A stretch of 64,000 nucleotides of DNA from positions 558,001 through 622,000 of the forward strand of contig CDROCS010000004.1 in the NCBI GenBank assembly GCA_977020255.1. Reading direction: 5' to 3'. Origin of the DNA: Obrimoposthia wandeli (taxonomy: Eukaryota). The translations under genes were made by a program, and so were the position numbers. The notes below the pieces were generated by a model. The model was not told the origin of the DNA. It was given only the letters and a program-made list of their open reading frames with translations, and did no database searches. This document shows, one piece after another, positions 27,551 to 37,578 of the stretch (the stretch's first letter is position 1; each line of letters starts with the position of its first letter).

Positions 27551-28705
27551 ATACATGCAGGTTTGATCTTAAAAATAATAGTTGGGATAAGTGGGTTTTC
27601 TGGCTCACCCCCTGTGTGCAAGTGCGTCAGAAGACCCTAACAACCAGCAATATGTATGTTTCCATGGCAACAATAGCACGAGTCATAACTCTGACAACAA
27701 TGGAAAGTGTCGATACCATAACAATCATGTTTTATTGCTGTGTCAACCATGACACGTGTCGTACGCATGCCTTTTGTTTTAATATTCTAATTTTCGCGCG
27801 AATTTAAAAATTGACTCAATAATTTTTTCCTATTTTTTAAAAAGTATTTTTCAAATCTTTCAAAAATTAAATTTTTAGATAAAATTTATACTTTTAAAAT
27901 AAAATTTTACCTTATAAATTTAATATTTTTATAGAAATATTTTTATACATGAAACATATACAAAAAAAATGTTAATATCTTGTGGTTTAAGAATCAAGTA
28001 AAACAGAGCAAATGTCTAATTTATTGGATTATCAAATTCTCAAAAATCAATGTTCAAATTTCATCGAAGGAATAATAATTGATTTCTGTTAACTGACAAT
28101 GTTAGACAAATAATAATTTTGATTTGAGTCATGTAAAAAAATACAATTTCAATTTATAACAAATACAACACACATTGGTGTACAATTTGATCTACCCATC
28201 ACAAATTTGGGGATTTTTCCTAACCTAGAGAATGTGACAAATCATTATTAGCTGTTTTAGACACAGCACACACAAAACACAAAGTGCACAAAGAGGAAGA
28301 TGACGAAAATGTACAGGCTAAAACACACACATGTCCTAAAAATCCCGCACTATCTGAAAATCGATATCAGTTGATACAGACACGTATAACAGACACAGTT
28401 CCGGGCAGAGAGTAAAATCGTAGCTGAGGGAGATCTCATTGGTCTGCTAATGGGATTGCAGTTGTTACCAGGATGCCGTAATGGTAGGCAGAGAAAATGT
28501 GACTGCCAATAAGGATGTTGGGAAAAGGAGAGTTACAACAATTAAGTATGAATGTGTGTGTGCGACTTTATCCATGTATGCATGTCATTTTGATTTTACT
28601 TGGCATGTGTGTTTTTTGACTTTAATCTTCCCTTCTTATTTCTGGCTTCGCAATTGCCCACCTCAAAGTCAGAGATAAGTCTGCCATCGCCCCGATGAGC
28701 CGGCA

Positions 28706-29455
28706 GGAAAAACTGTAGAAGACTTATGGAAACGTAATTGTCTACGGTTTTGAAATGATGAGTGTAAACTAATAACATATAGTAGAAAGTACAACTTTAA
28801 GCGTATTTTTACAATTGTAGATTACTTGGTAGCAGTGTTATTAGGAAAACAGAGTATTTGTCTCGATCGACCGAATTATATAAGTCAAACGGTTTTGGAC
28901 ATTTAAAACTCAGAATGTACGAGCTCCAATATATAGAATTAGATAAATATCACAACGAATTTAATTGTAAGATCAAAATCGCAAATGGGGACGTTGATTG
29001 TTCTTTTTAGAATGTATGAATGTAACTCTAAATAATCAATTATTATCGGCAATGTTTAGGGATAACTTACTTGATATCAATAAATATCCCGTTAATTATC
29101 CTCTACACTTTATGAGTTTAAATATTATTATCGGGAAATTTAAGGATGAAAGCGAGGGTCAGGTTTTGTATGATGATTGTATTTTCCTACGCCCTAAATG
29201 CTACAGTTTACATGCATCTAATAATATATGTTTAACGAGAGCACAGGATGTCAAAGAAACAATCTTACACATAAGGCTTACCGGATAGTTTATTATACTG
29301 GGTGTATTGAAAGCGTTGAGCCAACTAGATTTATTTCAAGAGCCCATTAATTGTATTCCCATAAGTCAACAAAAATCGATTTGATTAGAATTGACGACAA
29401 GTGCTTTTGGGTAGAAAAGAACGCTAGCCTGGCTTATGGACACTTTAGAATTTAA
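28706..29455 (+). pseudogene. Protein-primed family B DNA polymerase (pPolB), C-terminal fragment
   Basis: GKTVED..., ICLDRPNYISQTVLD, IIGKFKDE...FLRPKCYSL and DDKCFWVEKNASLAYGHFRI* are collinear with the pPolB at 62276-63475. Several frameshifts; the N-terminal half is absent. Confidence 0.9.
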
Positions 29456-29716
29456 ATGGTTTTCATTTTTTGATTTTTTTAGTTTAGTTTTTTTTAATTT
29501 TAGATCCCTATGGCACCTTGACTCTAACTTTTTGTTATTTCAATACTTTTTTTAGGTTGGGCCTTATCTTTGCTGACAGATCTCATTGTGATGTTGTGTT
29601 TAATAAATGTATTAAAAAAATTTCGTCTTATGTCTTTTATTATTTTACCCTTATATTTTTAGGGATTTAAAAATAATTCAAAATAAAACATTAAAAATAT
29701 TTATTTTTATAACACA

Positions 29717-30098
29717 CTAATCGTATTGCAACGATAACCATAAAATACATAAATATTCACAGTTTCTCGTCACAGGATCCTGATATTGTATCTTGTTGTA
29801 AAATACTCTTCTTCGTCCTTTTTGAATAGTCGAAACAAGTTTGTGTGGATAATACATTGCAAGTGGATCAAATACATGTATTGTCCACTCTCTAACATAA
29901 ATAGCTATCTAATGTTCTCCTGGTAAATTTGAGGTATGAGTATTGATAATGTAACCTCCAGATTGAAAAAATGGGATCATATCAATAGGATAAACTCCAT
30001 TGAATTTATCACCCAGGACCTTCTCTGCTGATTCTTTTACTTGTACTGAACTAAATAAAAATTAATAAATATAAATTTTAAAAAATGTCTTACTCCAT
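29717..30098 (-). pseudogene. Adenain-like cysteine protease (Polinton PRO) with a 43-nt intron
   Basis: After removing GTAAGA...TTTAG (30093-30051): MDSVQVKE...GVYPID...IINT..NLPGEH*IAIY...VFDP...QYQD...RNCEYLC. His, Asp, Gln and Cys catalytic positions are present. A TAG (29911-29909) replaces the expected W. Confidence 0.85.
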
Positions 30099-30099
30099 T

Positions 30100-31304
30100 C
30101 TATAATATGACAGTTCTGTTTTATTGATTTGTATTTCCAAATCAAATACTCCTTAAATAAACTGCATTGAACTTAATTTCTAGTCGTACATTTTCATCTT
30201 TTGGTAGTTGGCATTGGTTTATATCAAAGTCTAGTGCCAAAACAAATATGAAGAACGGGCAGCTACTTTTAAACTCAGTGAAAGAAATACCATTGTTTAT
30301 ATTTTTATCTAGTTGACCCAAATTCCGAATAATAGATTGCGTATAAGCCAAAGCATAAGCGTTACCTTCGAAATCTGTTTTATATGTTTCGCGATAATCA
30401 GTATTTCTTGAAAGTGTCACTAAACCTACATTAAGATTGTCAAATCGAGTTGCATCTGTCGTATAATTTCCTAGAAACTTTGCAGTTTTTTGAAAAGAAA
30501 TAAAAATTAATTTTGGTATTCTTACATCACCAAAAGTTTGATCCTTATTAAAAGCTTGCGTACCAGTACCCAAAGAGTATGTTATAAGTTTAGTTTCTCA
30601 AATAGGATAACAAGCATTGTTTTTTCCATTTCTATATTATGTACCATTAAAACTAATTGATCGGTTTTAACTCTTCGGACATACAATTTTGCATCCAAAA
30701 TATCAAGTCTAGGTTTTAGAACGTCTGTGCTTATCAAAGAAATATTCAATTTATTACGGTTTCAAACGAAGATGTACATTAACACCAAGAATTAAATATT
30801 TCGGTTGTTCAAAGAAATTCAATCTCAAAGACCCACACATTTCGTAAGCTTTAGAACCCGCAATCCATTCTTTGCGAGTTGCAACCGTTTTATCATAACA
30901 AATGGTTGCCAAATTAGTATTTTGAGTATCAGTACTATAATTCAAAGACTTTTAATCAAAGCTTTATGAGCATAGGAAGAATTTCCACCTTCAATTTTGA
31001 CATTATTAAGAGTAACAATGGTATCACTAAATAAAGAATTAAAGAGATAATTAACAGGTGTTACATCAGCATTTTCATCTAAATTAGTACCATCCAGATT
31101 TAATACTTTTATTTGAACATAAACCAAAGTATCATTCAAATCTAAATATTCGCTATTGGAACCATTAATATTAAATTCTAAATCGGTTAAAGTGGTTCCT
31201 GAAACTGAGTTAACTAGAAATATTTCTTCAAAGGAAGCATTATCTTCCACTACTTGTGGAAGTAGTTTATCAAAAATACACAATTCGGTTTTGGCACAAC
31301 TCAT
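30100..31304 (-). pseudogene. Major capsid protein (double jelly-roll, Polinton PY / adintovirus hexon-like)
   Basis: MSCAKTELCIFD...LEFNINGSNSEYLDLNDT; GSLRLNFFEQPKYLILGV; DAKLYVRRVK; YPI*; FISF..., C-terminal EIQINKNRTVIL*. Frameshifts near 30945, 30755 and 30150. Confidence 0.9.
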
Positions 31305-31678
31305 TTTGCAAATATTGTTCCTTCAACATTCTTACGTTTGTTTATATTAATTTTTTGTTTCTTTTTACGTTTAAATCCACTACCTGCTTGGCTTTTATTT
31401 GATTTACCTTTTCTAATCAAATTAGCAACTTCAGGTAAAACATTATCAAGTTCATCAAGTGCATGTTTCTTAAAAGTTGGTATTAGTTTATTAACCTTAG
31501 ATGAAAGGTAATCCTTTCCTAATTTTCATATAAATCGCCCGAGTCTTTTTAAAAGAGGAAAGATAAATTTACCTAATGTTCTAAGCCAGCCAGATCCATA
31601 TTGTTTACCAACAAAATATGGTAATTCTCCACCTTGTTGGCTTTGACTATAAGCTTCAATTATTGCTGAATTCGCCAT
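31301..31678 (-). pseudogene. Conserved Polinton core/membrane-active precursor (pVI/pVII-like) with putative adenain sites
   Basis: Not in the ORF track. Reads MANSAIIEAYSQSQQGGELPYFVGKQYGSGWLRTLGKFIFPLLKRLGRFI*KLG...; after a frameshift, QAGSGFKRKKKQK...IFAK*. Its stop overlaps the MCP ATG (ATGA). Internal TGA at 31528-31526. Confidence 0.75.
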
Positions 31679-32669
31679 TTTGTTTTCTTAAATGTATTGT
31701 TAAACCTGTCTTGGCCCCGTACGTGAAATCTATTAGTTGTCCGGAATCATCTCTAATATTTACTTCAATATTGTTTATAGAAAAGAGAGAAACCGGAAGA
31801 TACATTGATTTATCTATACACATACCGACAGCGTCCCCATCTCTAGTTTCATTTTTAGATATCCATATTGTTCTCAAAAGTGGAACTCGCTGTCCTCCTA
31901 CAAGCGTTGGTTCTATTAAATTAGTATAAATATATAAATGATTAACAGCATTTAAAAGTTTTGCCTTATTTTTAGCTTTTATGGTTTTTATTGTATGGGT
32001 TTCAAAGGTATTTCTGTTTAAACCAAGGTTTTTAGTGAGTTTATCATTAAATGAAACCCGTTTTATGTTGCTCTTTACTGTAAACGTTAATTTACCATTT
32101 AATGTTACACATTTAACGAAATATTCACTACATTCCTTCTGTATTAATTTACATAAATCCACTTTACTAACTATTTTATAATCTTTTGAAAACATTTTCA
32201 GTTCCACTACAGTCTTTGGTCTCGTTTCAAGTAACAACACTTTTGCTACTCTACCAGGAACATTTCTAACCAACTTATCAAAACAAAATTGAAGAGCTTC
32301 TTTTTTAGATTCAAAGTTAATTTTAATAACTTGAAGATATTTTAATCGATTTTTAAATCTGACTTTGTTATTTTCAAATATTAATTTCACTTCTTTATCT
32401 ATACAATTGTAATATCATTGTCCTTTACTATCAAACCCGATCACAACTTTAGTTGTTTTTTCATGATCAACTTCTTTTGTAAACGAAATATGTGAGTTTT
32501 TTCTGATAGTAATTGGAGAATAATAAAAAGAAAATTCTGTTAAAGCCGCTTCCCATTCTCCTTGAAGATTTATAGGATTTTATCAATCGATAATAAAGTT
32601 ACTAGCGTCATTATCTGGTTGAGTCTTCAGGCATCCGTCACTAAGTAACACCATATACATAGACTTCAT
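31656..32669 (-). pseudogene. Minor capsid protein (penton, Polinton PX)
   Basis: Starts MKSMYMVLLSD...PDNDASNF...PINLQGEWEAALTEF at 32669. C-terminus LYIYTNLIEPTLVGGQRVPLLRTI...YLPV...INNIEVNIRDDSG...LTIHLRK. In-frame stops in the 5' third. Confidence 0.88.
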
Positions 32670-33644
32670 ATTATATTAGATGCTGATATCCAAGTTGGGT
32701 CTGAATAACCATGCCATTTAACAAAGTATTGTTTATGTTTACCGGTACCCTTAGATTTTAATATTTTTTGAATACGGAAAACGATAGGTTAATTTGATAT
32801 TACTTGTAGTTCTTGCTCGTAAAATTTATCGTGAACGATATTAATGTCAGCATCTTTAATAGTATACATTATTGGATTACTCTTTTGATCAATTTTTCTT
32901 ATACAAAATATTTCATCGCTCCAATTCTGATCAAAGTTTTAAATAAATTCGAACATATTCGTTTTTCTTATATTTAGCTTTTTTAATGTTTTCTTTTTTA
33001 TTCCTGTTCATCCAAATATCCATAGAGTTTTTATTAGTAACATCAACAGATCTCATTCCCTTGAGATCTCTATGTTCAGATTGATTATATGCATGTATTA
33101 TCTTAGTTAAAACTTGGATCCATTTTTTATTTCCTTCTTTTGTGAAAAACATTTTTATTCGATCTCTTAAAGTACGATTAAATCTTTCTACTACTGCCGC
33201 TTTGTACCGTGAAAACACAGAGTAGTGATTTATATTATTTTGTTTAAATAATGATTGAACTTGCTTATTATAAAATTCTTTTCCTAAATCAGTTTGCACA
33301 TTTTGTGGAATGTTCTCTTTTAATATTTCTTTAATGGCTTCAAACATAGCTATTGAAGACTTTGCTTTAACTGAAATTACACGAACTATAATATATCGAT
33401 ATCCCTTATTAATGGAAGAATATAGGATCATCTCCATCAAATCCATTTGCAATAAATTATTAAGACCGCTGGTTTTGTAAGCTCTAGTTGGAAACCTTCT
33501 TCTCATCGGCTTGTTCAGACTGTAGGCTAACTTGTCGCTCAGCCATTTCTGTGTTTTCTTGTAATTTTGTTTTGTTCTTTTTGCTAATTTTGAAACTCCG
33601 GTGTAGCCAATTGGATCTTTTGGATTGAACCATATCTTCTCCAT
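32666..33644 (-). pseudogene. Retroviral-like (c-)integrase with C-terminal chromodomain
   Basis: MEKIWFNPKDPIGYTG...RRRFP; DDE residues in QMDL / QTDLGKEF / VVERFNRTL. After a frameshift at ~32935: QNWSDEIF...FYEQELQ...YFVKWHGYSDPTWI*. The stop overlaps the penton ATG. Confidence 0.92.
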
Positions 33645-33730
33645 TACAACAATTTGAATAGAAAGAAAATTTAAATTTAGGTGAAGAAGGGTTAGCACCC
33701 ATATCTTTAGCTGATTTTATAAATAATTGT

Positions 33731-34060
33731 TTATGAACGTGTCGCAGCTATAATACTACTGATAATTGAAGCAACAACTGGAATAACAGACCCTACGAAA
33801 CCACCATTATGTTTAAGAACAATATTTCGTTTCCTTTTTTTATTTTTTACATTAGCAATATCTAGAAGAGTTTTTCTATATTTCTTTAATATATTTTTCC
33901 GTTTTCCAACTTTTACTCGACCCAAAACTATATTATACAAAACTTCCAATAAATCATCTACAACAAAAGATGGAAATGCTTTATGAATAATCATTCTCTT
34001 ATGAGAAGAGGCTTTGACTAAAGCTTTAAAATAGGGTATGCTTCTTTGTATTTTCTTCAT
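33731..34060 (-). CDS. Basic Polinton core protein precursor, adenovirus pX-like C-terminus
   Basis: Intact 109-aa Lys/Arg-rich ORF ending KHNGG|FVGSVIPVVASIISSII, which resembles the adenoviral pX xxGG|hydrophobic tail. Confidence 0.7.
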   Translation of the reverse strand: MKKIQRSIPYFKALVKASSHKRMIIHKAFPSFVVDDLLEVLYNIVLGRVKVGKRKNILKKYRKTLLDIANVKNKKRKRNIVLKHNGGFVGSVIPVVASIISSIIAATRS

Positions 34061-34196
34061 TTTAATAAGAAGGTTCAATTTAAATATTGTTTATATTCGA
34101 AGCCATTTAAGTTTTTTTTATTTCTAACTACAGATTTGATTAATTTTTTCACTTCTTTTACGTTTTACTATCAACTTCGTAAAAGGCATTGCAAAT

Positions 34197-34822
34197 TTAT
34201 TTTTTATAATTGTTCTCTATTTGTTTATAAACAGTTACTCCATTAGAATTAAATATGTCTGTTAAAACACGTAAATCATCTGGGCAAGTTTGTATAAAGT
34301 CAATAAATATATACCCATGTGCTTGTTTAGCAGCATCATGGAATGAATCAACTAGAAAGTTCTTATTTTGAGGAAACGCCTGTCTGACCACAAAATCTAC
34401 AACTGTTTGATCTCTAGGATTTTATGTACATTTCTTGTTCTATGGTGACCTCCTTGGTGAAAACGATTTTGGGTGATAAATATAACTGTTACTTCACGAT
34501 GTCTTGCAATTTTTCCAAATAAATTATTAAAGTCTGATTCCTTGTTAGCTTCCTGATACAAATCATTAATTATTATTACATCTTCTTTTTTCAATCTTTC
34601 ACACCAATTTGCATCAAATCCTTCAATAAATTGTATTCCCTTCATCTTGCAAACTTCTGTTTTGGTTAATCCGCTTTCCCCTCCTCCACCATGATGCCAA
34701 TAAATATTTTTGAAACTAGATTTGAAAAGAGATTCATTTTGCAACAATTTACATACAAAATGTGTCTTTCCACTTCCACTGAGACCAACTATTTGAAATA
34801 CAGCATTATTATTTAGCTCCAT
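34197..34822 (-). pseudogene. A32/FtsK-like genome packaging ATPase
   Basis: Walker A GLSGSGKT, Walker B IIINDL, RHREVTVIFITQN; then, after a frameshift/deletion at ~34415, KNPRDQ...RQAFP...HGYIFID. Confidence 0.9.
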
Positions 34823-34859
34823 TGCATATACTCTTTCATTTTTAATATTGTTTATATTA

Positions 34860-35132
34860 TCATAGAAGTTTCCTTATTGAAATGTACAATGTTAGAGCTA
34901 TTGTAGATGAAATACAAAAATTAATTAATGAATATTTGGCTATAATTTTATTTATTTGTGTATGATTTCTTAATTCTCGAATAACGTGTAATCTAACCAA
35001 TATTTCAATGTTATCTCTTGTTATATCATTATTTTTTAATTCTGATAAAATTTCTTTACCCCTAATTTTTCCAGAAAATATTTCATCGGCAAGCCAATCC
35101 ACTTCATTGTCTCTATTTATAGTATTATTCAT
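34860..35132 (-). CDS. Small hypothetical Polinton protein with C-terminal hydrophobic helix
   Basis: Intact 90-aa ORF from ATG 35132, co-oriented between the TBP-like gene and the ATPase; ends LINFCISSTIALTLYISIRKLL. Confidence 0.6.
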   Translation of the reverse strand: MNNTINRDNEVDWLADEIFSGKIRGKEILSELKNNDITRDNIEILVRLHVIRELRNHTQINKIIAKYSLINFCISSTIALTLYISIRKLL

Positions 35133-35160
35133 TTGAAACAATAAGTTTAAACGGGTTTGT

Positions 35161-35657
35161 TTATAGAAAAGATAACAAGTTGTAATAAGATATATTTTCT
35201 AAAATCAAATCAACAATGTCTGGATAATCAAAATTTTTCAATCCCAATATCATAACTTTACCACTGGAAAATATATTTACACATAGAGGTTTAAACTTCA
35301 AATAACTGAAAGCAGGAAAAATTTCTGGTTCAAACATGCATTCTTCTTTCATTTTCTCTGCAGTTTTAAAAAGATTTATCTGTTTCCCAAGATTAGCTGA
35401 AATCGTGATTGATTGTATTGCAGTGATTTGAATTCCAAATGGTAAATTGAACCCAAGCATTGGTATTTTGCATCCAATAACACGACAATTTCCTAAAAGA
35501 ATTCAATATGGAAATAAAAAAACTAACCTGTAGGAAAAATAACAACTGTGAAATTGTCAAACTTTTCTACATATTGTGTCGGCTTCCATTCATTGAATGG
35601 TAAGTATAAAACATCATCTTCTGTTCTACCTTTATAATTTGTATTTACGAGTTTCAT
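35161..35657 (-). CDS. Polinton-encoded TATA-box-binding-protein-like protein (two TBP repeats, 35-nt intron)
   Basis: Exons 35657-35528 and 35492-35161, intron GTTAG...TTTTAG, giving 153 aa with no stop. Repeat 1: TVVIFPTG|NCRVIGCK. Repeat 2: ISANLGKQINL...FEPEIFPAFSY...VNIFSSGKVMILGLK. TBP consensus is YEPELFPGLIY...IFxSGKVVxTGAK. Confidence 0.85.
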
Positions 35658-35769
35658 TAGACTAAAATTGTATTTTATAAAATCTTCTTTATATGTCTGA
35701 ACCTGCTTTTTTATTGCACGTTTCTTATAATTATCTTGAAAACCTATTATAATTGGATGATATATTTCT

Positions 35770-35890
35770 TCCAATCAAATTTGATTTTTAATATGGATTT
35801 AGTCCAATCAAATCCAATGCTTTATTTATATTAACCAATGAAATTTATGTCTTTGTTAGAAATTAGTATAAAAGAATGCGCCATTGGAGG
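35770..35890. promoter_or_regulatory. Putative divergent promoter with a CCAAT-box cluster
   Basis: CCAAT at 35771, 35804, 35814 and 35835, plus ATTGG at 35883. Lies between the minus-strand gene block and the plus-strand ORFs starting at 35935. Confidence 0.45.
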
Positions 35891-35934
35891 ACAAATCACA
35901 GTAAATGCATTCATATCATAGACAATTATCAACG

Positions 35935-36350
35935 ATGGACGATAGCCAACGGATATTAAGCGGTGACGAAGATATAGAAATGTTTGAAGAATCGGATAAG
36001 GATATGTATGAAGAAGTGAAACAATATTTCAAATACAAAGTCAGATTCTTGAAGAAGGCTCAACTGATTGCTTTAGTAAAGTGAAATAAGTGAAATAAGA
36101 AAGTTCAGCTAATATCTATCAAATATTCAAAAACCAGATTTTCAATATCTTAAACAGAAAATTGAAAAGGCAGTTCCGAATTTTACTTTCAATAAGAACG
36201 AATTTTATATCCGAGGACCTGATGAAGCATTTCTAGATGACTATGGAAGATATGTTGATATTGATGCGTTTCTAAAAAAGAATTCGACTTTATGGTTACA
36301 AGAAAGATGAAATGGGAACAAAGTTGTATATGTGGAAAATTGAATGTGCT
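35935..36350 (+). pseudogene. Degraded hypothetical Polinton gene (acidic N-terminus)
   Basis: MDDSQRILSGDEDIEMFEESDKDMYEEVKQYFKYKVRF..., interrupted by a duplicated AAGTGAAAT and by stops; inside the element. Confidence 0.4.
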
Positions 36351-36528
36351 CATTTTTCTATGTTTAAACTTTTTTCTTTTGCGTGTAATAAATTGTAATC
36401 GGTTTTACTATGTTTCTTTCATTTGGCAATTAATAATCAGTTTTAATTTTTAAATATTTGTATCTTATATGTATCTTATATGTATTTTTTTATAAACATT
36501 GTTTTTTAATCAGTTTCATTATTTTAGA

Positions 36529-36937
36529 ATGGATTCTCTTCTGAGATGTGTAGGAAATCTTTATTATCCAGAAAGAATTTCAACAGGAAAACTATGTAAT
36601 ATATTAGAGGCATCAAATTATACGAGTTATGAATCCTGTGAAAATATCTAAAGTGGAGAATAAATATCTCATCGAAATTTTAACAACATCTGATATTGAT
36701 CAATTGAAAAATATTTTGGGATTTTACATTCCTGATTATGTATATGAAGGAAATTGTTTTCAGCTTGAAACTGATTCCAGTCTGGATTTTAAATATGATC
36801 TAGGATATTTGATTGCTCCAATTCTAGATGAAGAACTATGGAATATCTCAATACGTCTCAATGGATATTTTGCTGATGACGGGAAAATGCAGCCTCTTTG
36901 GACTTTGAGTGAAGCTAATATGTTGTTTTATGTTTAA
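36529..36937 (+). pseudogene. Hypothetical Polinton gene, probably one frameshift
   Basis: MDSLLRCVGNLYYPERIST... (ATG 36529) probably joins ORF 36629-36937 (...WNISIRLNGYF...QPLWTLSEANMLFYV). An AATAAA-type signal overlaps the stop. Confidence 0.55.
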
Positions 36938-37239
36938 TAAATGTTTTGAAAAATAATTTTGACACGTATTTTGTTTTTTCTCCTCTCAATTATATAGATC
37001 TAATTTTTCTCTTATAAATCTGACCTAAATATTTAACATATAGTAATCTTTCTTAAAATAGTAGTAATATATTCACATTTGAAATCTCGTCTGCGATAAG
37101 CCGCCGGGGCCAATATGGATTCCCGTGGTCTTCTCTAACCACTTTTGAGATTCATGGTAAATTCAAAGTAAAATTTTAAAAAAATGTGGGGGGAAGACTC
37201 CCCCCTTCCCCTTTGGGAGGAATGGAGACACACATACAC

Positions 37240-37321
37240 GAAATTTCACTCCACACACATACACAGTTTTAAAGTACAGTGGGGGAGGGGGTGTGGATTA
37301 GACCGGACACATCTACCTACT
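37240..37321 (-). repeat. Right TIR of the Polinton
   Basis: GAAATTTCACTCC...GTGGATTAGACCGGACACATCTACCTACT; same layout as the arms of the 15525-15699 element. Confidence 0.9.
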
Positions 37322-37421
37322 AATTCTTGTAATATATTAAAATGGTATACATAATTATCATCTAAAATTTCATCTATCCCAATTCGATACTGACAAGGTC
37401 GATAGTGCTATTTTGATTGAT

Positions 37422-37578
37422 GTGGTCTTCTCTAACCAATTCGATCTCTTTTTGAGAAATTATATCCATCCATAGAAGATGGATATGAAATCTATACACA
37501 CATGTACATTTTAAAGGATATATGTAACCACTATAATGGGAAGGTGGAGGAGATGGATTAAATCGAACACTTACACCT
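37422..37578 (-). repeat. Older, diverged second Polinton right end
   Basis: GTGGTCTTCTCTAACCA (37422-37438) repeats 37125-37141. It is followed by ACACACATGTAC.TTTTAAAGGA...GGATTAAATCGAACACTTACACCT, which resembles the TIR. Confidence 0.55.

Larger units (their letters stand above)
27478..37321 (-). mobile_element. Polinton/Maverick (adintovirus-like) endogenous virus, decayed, ~9.8 kb
   Basis: Right TIR ends CCTACT at 37321 and an inverted TIR remnant lies at 27478-27550. Between them are pPolB, protease, MCP, penton, integrase and A32-like ATPase genes in virus-like order with ATGA overlaps. Confidence 0.93.

Noticed and set aside
31156-34246. Plus-strand ORFs over the Polinton structural block (31156, 31618, 31981, 34046)
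   Set aside because: Antisense to recognisable minus-strand viral genes.
29717-34822. Non-standard genetic code, or targeted G-to-A hypermutation, to explain stops in Polinton genes (TAG/TGA at expected Trp, Walker B D-to-N)
   Set aside because: Frameshifts and deletions co-occur, all three stop codons appear, and the host gene uses standard stops. With so few sites, the pattern cannot be separated from ordinary AT-biased decay without a consensus.
35658-35774. N-terminal extension of the TBP-like ORF from TTG 35774
   Set aside because: Non-ATG start, overlaps the CCAAT/TATA-rich promoter zone and shows no TBP similarity; ATG 35657 fits the domain start better.
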